Source: Raillietiella orientalis (taxonomy: Eukaryota). From it: a DNA stretch of 64,000 nt. The stretch is from assembly GCA_036172245.1 (NCBI GenBank), contig JAYWIR010000006.1, positions 1,054,001-1,118,000 on the forward strand, written 5' to 3'. Of the stretch, positions 13,168 through 26,740 are shown piece after piece. Both the position numbers and the translations under genes were made by a program. The notes under the pieces were generated by a model. It was given only the letters and a program-made list of their open reading frames with translations, made no database searches and was not told where the DNA came from. Each line of letters begins with the position of its first letter. Position 1 is the stretch's first letter.

Positions 13168-16100
13168 TCTACTTTTTTGGAGAACACTATTCAATAAACA
13201 TCGTATGAAGCTCAATCACAAGTGATATTTCACAAATTCACTCAATAACAAACCCAGGACGCTCGAATTCACCTCTCTAGATCAAATACCAAGTTTGCAC
13301 ACCAAAATTTATTTTCGGTATTAATCTCAATAATTGCATTTTTCCACATATAAGAGCCTCCAGATTCCAAAAAATTAAGATAAAGAAAAATATGACACAT
13401 TTAAAAAAAAATTTAGTGCATGCCGTAAAAGATACAAAAGATTTTTATTGTTCTAACGTTCAAATCTTTATTAGATAACGGTCCCAAAGTTGCATTATTA
13501 TTAAATTGCTATTTCTAAAGTAAAGTTTAAACAAGACTGATTTAATTGAAGATGAAAAAACCTTCATAGTATGATACAATAAGAAAAAAGAAAGACAGCT
13601 AATTATTCGGGTGCCTATTCTGATGAACCGTGTTTCAACATTACTTTACAAATCGTAATTTCATAGCAATTCCAACAAATGGCTGCGTTGTCTATTTGCT
13701 ATCAGCATTTAGACTTAAAAAAAAAAAAAGGAGATATTGATGATATGAGGAAAAATAGCCTTACTTTCCATTTTAAAATTAGATAACGACAAAAATTCGT
13801 ATTTGATTCATTAAATAAAGTCCGAAAGACAAATGGTTTTGTTAATAGGGGAAATTTCTGTTTTCTGGATGTTCAGTTATTATAATTTTTTTCTTTTCTA
13901 GAACGTCCTAATCATTCACTACGTTCTTAAATTCAGATAGCCGAGAGTCGAGTACTATATATCATCTCAGCAACATGGTCATATACATAATAATCCAGAA
14001 AGACTGAAAACTAAAACATATTTACTAAAGGATTAGCGTAAGACGTTGAACTCCGGAAATTACTAACATATTCTGCAAGTAGGATATTGAAGAGCAAAGT
14101 TAACTGAAAATACAGTACACGAAATCCGTTGAAGATCTTTTGCTTTTCTATTGCAACTTCAAAAATATTCATCTAGATTCGTTTACTTGCTCTGCTTTCT
14201 TTCATTTCCACAAAGCAACTAACCAAAAATTTATGTAGATATTGTGAGTGCCATCTTAGAGATTACTAGTTGACTTTGTATGATTTCAAATTTTGCTGGA
14301 AAGTAGTTATATTCATGCATGCCCCATGTTGACTTTTCAAATGTTCGGTAGCCATTTTGTTTTCCGAGCTTTTCCGGTTCTTTCCAAAATACCTGTTAGC
14401 GTCTAATGCTTCCTATAATAGTTTTCATGATCGAATGCTCACCGTATTCGGAATATGTGACTTACCTTAATTCTTATTCAAGTTTCATTAGAGGTAATTT
14501 ATAGCATGATGACTTTCTTTACCTAATTTTAAAATGCATATATGATTTAAAATATTTTAAAGAAGAAATTTATTGGAAAACTATTTCAATGCATTAGTTG
14601 ATTTTCAATGGCAAGCCGGAAATTATATGTATGAATTGATAAAGTTGAATCACGAATATTTGATATTCAGAGTTTCGAAAGTGCTGCAGCTGTACAGAGG
14701 AATACATTTCTCTAGGATACTTATCCCACAACAGAGCATAAATCTTTTTACCAAAAATTACGTGAATTTTGTAACGCTGAGTGATATGCTAACAGTACAT
14801 GCTACCTCGTAAACAAGGAATGAACTGTGTGGTTGTGATGGTACTTTACGTAGCAGAGGATTCACAAAACTAGAACGTAGATCGTGGAATGCTATGAAAC
14901 AAAGTTTTCCCTAATAATGCTGATCATTTCTTTTGCAAAATGTCTATAACGTTTCATTGATAAGGAGTCAAGTGAATTTCTGTGCTAAATAAATGTGTGC
15001 AACGAATTAATTCTCTTCCTCTATGTTTTCTGGAAAGGACATTCGGCACAAAAATGTTTCGAAAGAAGGAGCTTCCTTGTATCCGTGTAACAAGATGAAA
15101 ATTCTTTATGTAATAAACTGTCCTGTAATAAGAGTCATGGAAGGCCGCACTGTATTTTTTTAAGCGCGTATTTAAAATTTGCAGTTCTCAAATGGCGTTT
15201 GTGAGCCTATTAACTTTTTAATGACTAGCAGCACCCTCATCATTGTTCATCAAGACGTTCACAAAATCACAATTGCTCATTCTCCAGTACTTTATCATTA
15301 GAAAAAATCTTGATGCACTTCAGCAGTGCAAATGCTTAATTTTTCAAAAATTCTCTTAAATACCCCATGTAAAAAAAATGTACATTAAATGAAAAAGACA
15401 TTTTTAGCATTACTCTTTAGCATTTGACAGGGGCGATGTTTCCAGAGTGCGATTTGGGCGCAGATGAAGTCCTTTCGAAACGTACCTTCCGGTTTGCATG
15501 TTAAAAGAAACATCGAGCTGACCGAGTTTACTGTAATCTTTTTTCCTGAAAATATGAAGTCGACTGAGCAGGATTGAAATTAAATGCATATTAAATCAAA
15601 GGGAATGGCTTGTGAGAGGGAGAAAGGTGCTGTTTCAAGAATTTCGAAAAAGGCAAGTCAATTATATTTTCAATGAGTGTTTATTTATTCAATCCTGTTT
15701 GGTCGTGCATCGAAACGATATCTTCAAAGTATTTTTCGAAAATGCAGGTCAACTACGTATTTCTAGCAAGCTATGAACTTGTATTTTGATATGCCTGTGT
15801 ATTTATTTCTTGTTTTTCGAGAGAACTGGGATCTCAAGTGAAGGTGCCTCCTACCCTGTTAAAGTGATTTTCTTTCGCATCAGTGTTTTGATGATGTTCG
15901 TATGGGTTACTGATTCAAGACCTTTCTTTAGGTTACCCTTAAATTCGTCACCTGGAATGATCGAAATTCCTTTCCGTTACAAACTTCCAACATACTTCAC
16001 ATGCTGCTTTGAAAGTCATTAACCCTATCGTTTTAATCGTTTCCCTTTGGCGCTGGTTGTTTTGGAAAACCCCTCATGTTTCAAAAGTAGATGTCAAGGG

Positions 16101-16389
16101 AACATCGGGACCAATCCGAGTTTCATTCAGAGAACACAGCTCTTGAAATGGTGGCTTTCGGATGGACATTTTCATCATTTTCCACAGGGAAGCATTCGTC
16201 ACAAGTCCCTTCATTTACATGGAGGATTTAGATTTTAGAAAACTATTTCCTCCCCAAATGCGGATGCACGTGCAAATCCAAGATGATTTTCATGTACAAT
16301 GGAATAAGCATCAGTGTTTTAATGCAAATGGCTTGCTAATGATCTTCTGAATCTAGCGATTACTCTTGTTTCTTGATACCTTTCGAGGT

Positions 16390-18650
16390 GTTTTAGGTAG
16401 CAGGAAGGACAGCTTCGCCAAAGAGAAGTAGGAAATCTAACATTTTCGTGACGAAATTTCTTCGTTCCACGCTGGAAGTGCCAAGTGGTTGCCCTCCAGT
16501 TGTTTTTGCACTTTTAGAGGAATTATCGACCTTTAAGTTTCCTAGGGATACTAAGATGGAAATTAGAGCTCCCTGAATAACTTCACCCACTCTTCCGCCT
16601 TCCAACTTCACCCTTCACCCAATTTCAGAATAGGTTACAAGCAATTCTTGAGCTTACGAACCACAGTGACTTGGAGAAGATGATGAAATGTCACTACGAA
16701 TACGTTGAACAGGGATCGTCAGATACCGCAGGAATGCCTCTCTAATTCCGCCGATTCGAAATCGCGAAACCTTGCTCTTAATGACAAAGACAGAAAATAA
16801 CTTTTGAATGAATGCTAAAATTGAAACAAGCAAACGATGAAAATGAATTTTTGGAAACGAATTCGAGGTAGAGAGAAAAAAAGAAAGGAAGGGGGGGGGA
16901 TCTTTTTAAGAATATCTCGTGAAATGAACTTTTCGTTACTTGCGATTATCTGAATATCCAAAGAATTAGGAGGAAAAATGGGTCATCAGTGACCTGTTTC
17001 GAAATACGAGAGTGGTGGTAACTGGATGATGGATAATTACTGGATTGTGGACACCAAAATCTAAATGAATGCCGGCTATTTTTCCTTTTGTTTTGTTTTC
17101 GAGAGAAACAGAACTTGTCTGATTTTGGCAACAGTTTCGGGTTGCAATCCTCCATGCAGCATTAGACAGCTAAAGGGAAAACAAGTTCCTTGGTAAGATA
17201 TTTGAAAATCACACTACAGAACGATGGAATGATCAGATTGGAAATTCATTATACCGCTCGTGTCATCTTAGTTTGTTTCATGTTAAAAACGATCTCAGAA
17301 TGAATGTAACTGGCACTTTCATCAGCACTACTATCATAGGGAGTTCACGTTTCTCGAGTATTAGTGTTTATCAACAAGAGACAAAAGCAGATTTCTCATA
17401 GCATACCGGAAAATTCGCAAACATTGTTCTGAGGCCATGTATCCCAAAATGTACATGTCCACGGCTGGAGATCTCATTTCCAACTGTTGAATTTCAAGGT
17501 AACCAGTGTTGCACTAGTAATTTCCAGTACTCTTGTGTTCTTGTGCTTGCAAGATAAGAAATGGATGAACTGTTTATACATGGATCACTTAAATCTGAAA
17601 TGGAGAATTTCAATCCCTAAAGGAGCAATCCAACCTTCGAATCCTACGGAAACACCTTATAAAAAATCCCCACTCCACGGCGTGGGACTGTACTCATTTG
17701 TCTTCGCGATCCTCAGCAGCCACGTTGCTATTAGATATTCTTACAGAAACACCCACAGCTATTGGGAGTTATCGGTCAAGACTTTAACGAGGATTTATTT
17801 AAACCAACTGCAGCAATAAAGTGAGTTATAACGAATTCAACGAAATTCAATTTAGACCTGTAAGGGAAAAGCGAATAGAGAAGAATAAAGTGAATTTCAA
17901 TTAGTCTTTGATAAGTCTACAAGTTAAAGATGGAATGATATATGTTACGCATAAATGCCTCTTTGGATTCAAATTTGCCACTTAAAGTCATCAGATGAAT
18001 GGTTGGAATACTCGTAGTAAAGGTTTCTTTGAAAAATTTCGGTAGTGACTTTAATCTTACGAGTTGCAACCTGTATTGCCATTGTTTCACAAGTGTTCCA
18101 CCTAATGCTTCTTTGGTTATTTTCAACGATTTCAAAAAATTTTAATTAACGTGGTTGGGAAGTTGCCATCTGTCCTGATCATGTTTTTGCAAAATTTTTA
18201 TTAGAATGTCTGGAATCTGTATACCCATTTCCTGCAATTCCAACTTGTTTCAACTGCTTCCCAGATTTCTCCATGTTCACAGCCAAGTATTCTTCATAAA
18301 GGTTTTATCATAATTAAAGAAAAAATTCTATGTGTTCATGTTCTTGGATCTAACTCCTGAATTTGTTAAATTATAAATCCTCTTTTGAATGTTTGTGAGC
18401 CTCGAAATGTGGGAAGTATATGAACCCAAAGCAGACATTCTCTTTGCTCCTGTTGCATTTAGCTATGTCAAAGCTGAGGTTTCTGAATTTGCTTCTACAT
18501 AAGCACCAGCCCAAACTAAAGCACAGTGTTTCCTTTTCCATATGAAGGAAAATTCTTATTGAAATTGTGGATTCCTTTTCTCCTTGCAAATGTCTTCCGT
18601 ATACATGATCTTCATAATTCATAAATCATGGAGATCTCCAAGATCCCTAG
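16390..18650 (-). mobile_element. Heavily decayed Ty3/Gypsy pol fragments (RT, RNase H, integrase)
   Basis: Frameshifted motif remnants: PFSLSNAA (~17156-17178, cf. MPFGLxNAP); HLSIPRKLK/VDN and TTGGQPLGTSSVERRNFVTKML (~16439-16559, cf. GIPxxxxSDNG...TTxYHPQxNGxVERxN); EKETLCFSLGW (~18507-18539, cf. EKEALAIVW). Boundaries approximate. Confidence 0.5.
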
Positions 18651-19779
18651 AATGTGTCGTTCTTCTATTTATGATATGCATCCAACATCAAGGAAAATAT
18701 CGAAAAACCAATCATCAGTAAGCGAGATGATTTATTATTTTTCAATATTGGGGGGGGAGGCGGAGGGGGGGATCTTCCATCGGTGTCAACAGCATCATTT
18801 TAAATAATCTCTAGGCTTCTTACTCTGCTGTTTAAGCTTTGTAATAGATACAAACTATGCAGTATTAAAGAAGTGTTTTCTAAGCTGTGTTCAGATATTA
18901 TTCAGAAAGAGGAATGAACATGATAAACTATCCTTTTAAAAACGAACTTTGTGTAACACAAAGATTTTTGCAAGGATGCCAATTTCAGTGTTATGGAAAA
19001 ATGTACAGAAATGTCAGTTACAATCGGAATGAACAAGCTTATATCCTCCTTCAATTCACAGCGCTCAGCTGTTTAAGCTGAGTATTCGAGTATTTCGTAA
19101 AAGACAAGTAAGCAGAATCCACACTTGATGGGATGAGCTTGTCTGCATACCGAACTTGATTAAAAGAAAGAGGAACCAAAGGGAAAGTTAGTGTTGACAC
19201 TTGTTCTGATAATTTTAACAGAAATGCAAATGAGAAGTCTAAGAATGCAGGATCAAATAAAGAAACTTTCGTTCAAAAACTAAGATTTCACGGTTTACAC
19301 ATAATTGACACATACTCCAAGAAACATAAAATGAATATTCAGAGATATATAAGGTCTCACTGAAAGAATCATAAAAGAAAGAAATTCCGGAAAATGTGAA
19401 GGTGAGGAAGATGGATTTTTAAAAGTGAGGGCACAATAGAAAGGATGAAGAATTGCTAATTGATGAGCCGTCATCATTACATAATTATCTAATCTGATGT
19501 AAATCCAAGTTATATTCCACAATAAATCGTAAACAATTAGGTCTTGCTTGTTGGAGTTTTCATTTTAAAAATTTCGAGAAATAATGAAAAATTTACAATT
19601 TTATAATTTGGTAGTGCTGCTTTGCCGGTGTGCATGTTCCTGCTTGTATATAGTTTAAGCGAACCCGGGAACGTGTCTGTGTACTCCAGAATTGACTGAC
19701 ACGTACTGTAGCGTGCCATATAAAATATAATCTATCTTGTGCCGTAATTTTCCTTGGCTGCACTTGCAATATAGTTGAA

Positions 19780-21409
<1,630 letters not shown>

Positions 21410-21414
<5 letters not shown>

Positions 21415-21512
21415 AGAGATTGTGTGGGCTTGATGAATGTCTTTTTACTTTGTGGGTGGTGATTTCAATGTCTTAATGTTTTTTCATAATTGCAGACAAA
21501 TATGCCTAAGTT
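21410..21512 (+). promoter_or_regulatory. About 100-nt intercistronic spacer: ATTAAA, GT/T-rich tract, unpaired 3' splice acceptor
   Basis: ATTAAA overlaps the AHCY stop (21410-21415), followed by a GT/T-rich stretch, then ttttttcataattgCAG ending at 21495, with the kinase ATG at 21513. Confidence 0.6.
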
Positions 21513-23281
21513 ATGGAACAAGTGAATGCTGGTTGCCAACATATGCTTTTCACAGTGCTCAACCATGCTCTGTTGGATTTAGTGTGCTCCTATTGTGAAC
21601 GAGATACTTTCTTTCAGAATAAGCTTTATGAAGGTAAAAGAAAAAAAAAAAGATATTGCTGTCGATGTCACAGAACTTGATAGAAATGTGCTGCCAGCTA
21701 AAGCCTTTTGGACTTGGCCAGCTTTCCTCCAGGGCTGAATTGGCCAGACCTCCTTACACGAAAGCATTAAAGAACTTACTCTTATGGACACAGCAGGCAG
21801 TTCATGAAGTTTACCAGCAGTCATTAGTGCCATTTTCTGCCGGATCTTGTCCTTATACCAAAGACTGCTTGTCTTGCTTCCCTTCTCGCCTGCAGTCAGA
21901 ATTCCAGATTTTAGAGCAAATCGGAAAAGGAGGATTTGGTGTTGTGTACAGAGCACAACACCGATTAGATAATGTCCAGTATGCCCTCAAGGAAATTCAC
22001 TTCAGGTATTCCTAGATATAGTTCCCAGTGCAGCAATAGTTTGATTTAGTTGCTCAAATGGACTGCAAATGACGAAAATATTGAATGAGGTGAGGGCCAT
22101 GGCTGTGCTTAGTCATCCCAACATTGTGGCATATAAAAGTGCTTGGTTGGAGCATGCAGTAAGAGTATCAGCTAACATTACCAGTCACTTGCAAATTTCT
22201 CAACCTGGTGAAAATCCATGGACTACGTCAGTGCGGAATTCTGGGTGAGGGGCTTTTCTGTGTTGGTAACAGCAACAATTCCTGATCCATAGCAAGGAAT
22301 CTGATGAGGATTCCTATGTCATATTTCTCCACTCTGATAAAGATAATAATAATGCCCATAGTTGCCCATCATGTGGCTCTAAACATTGCCAATGTGAAAA
22401 CTGTTCTGTGGTTACTTGTTCAAAGCATCGGTCAATGCATATGCCATTTTCCTTTAAACTGTATTTACAAATGGAACTCTGTGGTATCTCCTTAGCTTTA
22501 TGGCTTAATACTCGAAACTTTGATCAGGGGTTGGTAGCACTGGATTATCAAACAAATACAAGACTCTTGCGAGAGATTCTTCAGGGCTTGCAATACATTC
22601 ATGAACATAATTTGGTGCATCGAGACATAAAGGTAGTGTAATTACTATTCTAGAGTGCCCCACCCAAACTGATATAGCCACATAATATATATTTCAACAA
22701 ACGCACAAATCAAGTGCAGATAGGTGATTTTGGTTTGGTGCATGCTGCTTGCTCAGAGCTTCTAGAGTCACAGCATGCACTAGCTATACAAGCATGTAGT
22801 GCAGGGATAGGAACGCTGCTCTATGCTGCTCCCGAGCAACTGTCTGGGCATCTCTGCTCCTCCAAGGTCAGTTGTTGATGAGCAACCTGATGCTGATCAT
22901 GATATATGTAGTGTGATATGTATAGCATTGGAATTGTTATTTTTGAACTATGGCAGCCATTCAGCACTGCAATGCAAAGAGAAGAACAAATACGACAGTT
23001 GCGAGCCGGTAGTTTGCCGTCAGAGTTTGTTGAGCTTAAACCTCAGCAGGTAAAAACTGAAGGAAATCTTTGCTAACTGACATTTGGTTAGGCAAACCTG
23101 ATCCATCAGCTAACTTGTCTACATCCTAATGAAAGGCCTTCAGCTGCTGAGACATTAGCCATCCTAGAAACACACCAGAATTGGACTTTGGTGCAACCTT
23201 TACTTAGAATTAATGAACGCTAAGTGTTCTTGTCAGATCATCAGCAAATCGGACCGTTTTCCTCCCAGAACTGTGCAATGA
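21513..23281 (+). CDS. EIF2AK1: eIF2-alpha kinase, HRI-like
   Basis: N-terminal helix region NHALLDLVCSYC..KLYEEMCCQL; kinase motifs SRLQSEFQILEQIGKGGFGVVY, YALKEI, HPNIVAYKSAWLE, a kinase insert, LYLQMELC, HRDIK|PHN, IGDFGL, GTLLYAAPEQ, CDMYSIG. Introns 21634-21683, 22006-22049, 22245-22292, 22633-22677 and others. Stop at 23279-23281 if the last intron is spliced, otherwise 23221-23223; AATAAA at 23447. Confidence 0.88.
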
Positions 23282-23749
23282 AGCCAACTGCGAACTCTTG
23301 GCGATCTCATACAGTTTTCTCATACAGTTGGAAACTGCCAGAAGTGGATTTTGGTATCCGGCGGTGATTCGTATCTGGTGGACAAAGGCTCAACACCGTC
23401 GTTGTTCCGCCAAAGTATTCCGCAGACCTTATTTGTTGAAAGAAAGAATAAAAGCTCGCGGAAATCTTTTTTTTACCGTTCAGAAAGTGAAGCCCACGAG
23501 ATCGAGATCAAGTGATTAACAAAGATCTTCAAGTTCCTTGAACTCAAGCTGGGTATTTGCATTGCAATTGGGAAAACGGAAAATGTTTCATGTCGAGATT
23601 TGTCACCGACAATAGCCCGGTGCACTGCAATCTTCGAGAGCATCAGGTCGAGCTATGGGGTGAGCAAAGGGCTGGGTTCCGATCAACCAGTGATGGGGAA
23701 CGTTCGAATTTTCGAATCCTTCCTCCGGGGCCGCGCGCACCCCAAGTCC

Positions 23750-26300
23750 CGCGAAACGAGGGCGGGTGTGGACTTTCGGCGGCAACTCCTCGGCCAGGAG
23801 GGTTCAGCGATGGACCTCATTGAGCCTCTTGCACCCGTGTCCCTTTTGTGTGCATTCGCCAAGTTGCGTAGCTCCCAGTGCCCTGACCTCCCGGTTTCAC
23901 TCTTCCTGGACTGGGTGGCCGTCCTGTGAAGGCCCCTAGGGCAAGGAGGGGTATTCTGCGTTGCACCCCACCCCACCCTTGAATTTCTCAAGGAATTTTC
24001 CCTCCGGAGCGGGTCAGTGCCAGCCATCCGCCCGCGTGCTTCCACTCTGGAGGTCGAACACCTTTAGGGAGTCAAGTGACTTCCAGGACGCTCTTCCTAT
24101 TCGGTGCCTTCCCCCTCTCCACGAGCCCCCTCCTTCCGGCTGCGTTCATGGGTTCACGGGGGAAGAGATCGCTGCGCAGCGTGTATACCGCCCTCCCTGC
24201 TTCTCAAACGAGGCGGAAGCGTTTCGGCAGGGGCAGGGGCGGGGGTAAGTCAAGATCACGCTCGCAGAGGCGAGCTCTGAGGTCGTGGGCAGGGAACAAT
24301 CGGAAGTCGTTCGCATCCAGTGCGCCCCAGGTTCGCTCGCGACGAACGTCAAGGTCACACGCGCTTCATCGAACACCTCGGGGGCGGCGACCTCGGCGCG
24401 AACGAGAGATGATGGAACGAGCGAGCAGAGACCACGTTCGCGGGGTCCGCTGCGGTTTTCCCTCTCCGGCCACCCACACACACCCTTCGCTGGCACTCTG
24501 GCCCGGACATCGAACGCCTCTGCCCTGCAGACATTTCAAATTCAGAGTCGAGTAGAGGTACGGTGCGCTCCCCCCCCCTCCTTCACACGCGAAACCCCAG
24601 TCGCGCCGACTGCTGTGACTCCACAAGCGCGCGCCTTCCAGCCCTCAGGAGTCGGAGAGTCACTGCAGCGCGGGATTCGACCGAGATGAACAGGGAGGGA
24701 AGGAGCGAGAGAGAGTCGGAGCCGCGTAATCGAGGAAACTGCGCATTACGCTTTCGATTGCCGACTGCCCCGCAGTCCGGCACACTTCGAGAAGCGAACC
24801 CGACCCGGACGTTTTCAGAAGTCGCAGGCGTGTCTGACGCAAGGAACGGTCCAGGATCTCCAGCTTCCCAACAGAAGGCGAGTGGGCTCAGCATCCGAGT
24901 GCACAGGGAGGGGGAAGGAAAGGAAGTCGAGGCGAGATCTGGCCCCGGCCGTTGCAGCCGGCACAGCTCTACTCTGCGCCCACCTATCACCAGGGTGCGG
25001 TCCAGGGGATAAGAGAGGGTGCTCCGCAGGACTCGCCGGCGAGCCCCACTCCCGTCAGGCCGCGTCGCCGTGGAGACCGGAAGCCAGATCTCCATCCGTA
25101 GAGTCCCCCGCGTTGTATTCGTCTAAGGGCACCTTCGTTGGCCTCCTGGCGCGGGATTGAGGGTGTCTCTGCATGCTGCGGATTCAAGAGCAGCAGCGTC
25201 TCCAAGAGCGTGCTCCGTCCTTCCCCTCCCGTAGTCTGAGGCCGGAAACCCCATCGCTCCCCCAAAACTGTGGCGATTCCACTGGCTGCGGTTCCACGCC
25301 ACCGACGCCTGAGCCCCACCAGTGCAGACCCTGGGTCTCTCCAGAGGACGGAGGAGCTCGGCGTCCCCCCCTGTCTCCTTCCCCAGGACGCACCAAGTGG
25401 TCTCCCCGACCGTCCTCCTGGACAGTTCCGCCCGCAGCACTTCCGATGGCAGTGAGCGCGGCGACACTCTTCCCAAGCCGGGAATTTTCCTTCGCGCGAC
25501 CGACACCGGAAGCGTTGGGAAGGAGGGAAGGGACACGTGCCGGGGGGCGGGGAGGCTGGATCGTCCCCGTACCTGCTCCTGGACCGCTATCTCCTCCGCA
25601 GTACTTCTGCACCTGAAGGACACCCCTCGGCGGCAGCTCCTGCGGCGGTTCTTCTTCACGCCTTCCGGGGCCGCCGGCAACGTCTCGCTGCATCCGGCAG
25701 GCGGCCGCGAGTCGCCACGCGGTGGCGCCGGAGGGCAGCCGGTCGCTTCGTCCCAACCGTGAAGCAGAGGCGGCCTAGCTCCCGTCCTGAAACCAAGGAG
25801 GGAGCCGCCTAGACGGTGGGAAGGCGGCGAGAAAGATGCTGGACGAACACCCGCTGCCCCTCCGCCTACCACTCCCCTCCCTTTCCCTTCCGTATTTCCC
25901 TGCGGCGGCGGGCGTTCGGCGTTCCCCCACGTGTGCGTGGCCGTTGCTGTTTTTTCCTTCATCCCCAGCTTCCCCCTTGATCCCAGGGCGCGTTGAGTGC
26001 CTTTCCTATCTTGGCAACCAACATGCGTGCGTGAGTTTCCCGATTCGTTCCATCGAGGGCATGTGAAAACGCGTGAACCGTCCCGGAGTGCCGGAGGGCG
26101 TGACCAGGCGCTTGCGATAGGATGCCGCTTCGCCGGAGGTGCCGGAGGAGAAAGAGATGCACGGGGGATGAAACGCCCCTAGGGGCGCCGGTTCCTTCTC
26201 TCCCAATCGAGCCCCACCTCGAACGACCCAGAGGCTCCCCTTGATCCTCAGTGCCCACATCCGCAGGTGCGGAGGTGTCGCGGTGACCTACAAAGATGCT
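23750..26300 (-). mobile_element. Decayed non-LTR retrotransposon (L1/Tx1-like), RT region
   Basis: Degenerate RT motifs in the expected order: SLDSLKVFD (24053-24079, cf. LDxEKAFD), GWGATQNTPPCP (cf. GVRQGCPLSP), LANAHK (cf. LAYADD). Possible endonuclease remnant SGIATVL near 25270. Boundaries approximate. Confidence 0.45.
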
Positions 26301-26740
26301 CCGCCGCTCCGCGGCACGGCGATCCGAGGGCCGCGGGAAAGGAGAGAGGGAAACTGGATGTACCCCCGCAAGTTACCCCACCGCCCCTTCCCGAAAGAGG
26401 CAGAGCTCGTCGGAGAAGCGGGCGGACCAAAGGCGTCGCGGAGTGGCGGCCACCGACGGGTGTAGCAGCACTGCGCGTCCCGAGTGTCCTCCACGGGTCG
26501 CCTGCGGCAGGATGCCACCTGGTCCCCGAAAGCGCTGCCCACACCTTGTCTAAGGGCCCCGCGGCCCTTCGTGGCGACGGCAGGAAAGGGGGAACTCACC
26601 TTCCGCCGGTCGGCGTTCCCCCTTCCCCCCTTCCCTCCCGGATGACGCTTCTTTTGCTGCAGCAAAAGGTGCGAGGGTTCCTTCGAGATGGGGCATCACC
26701 TCCTGCCACGGTCGGGATTCCACTCTCCCATGCTACCTCG

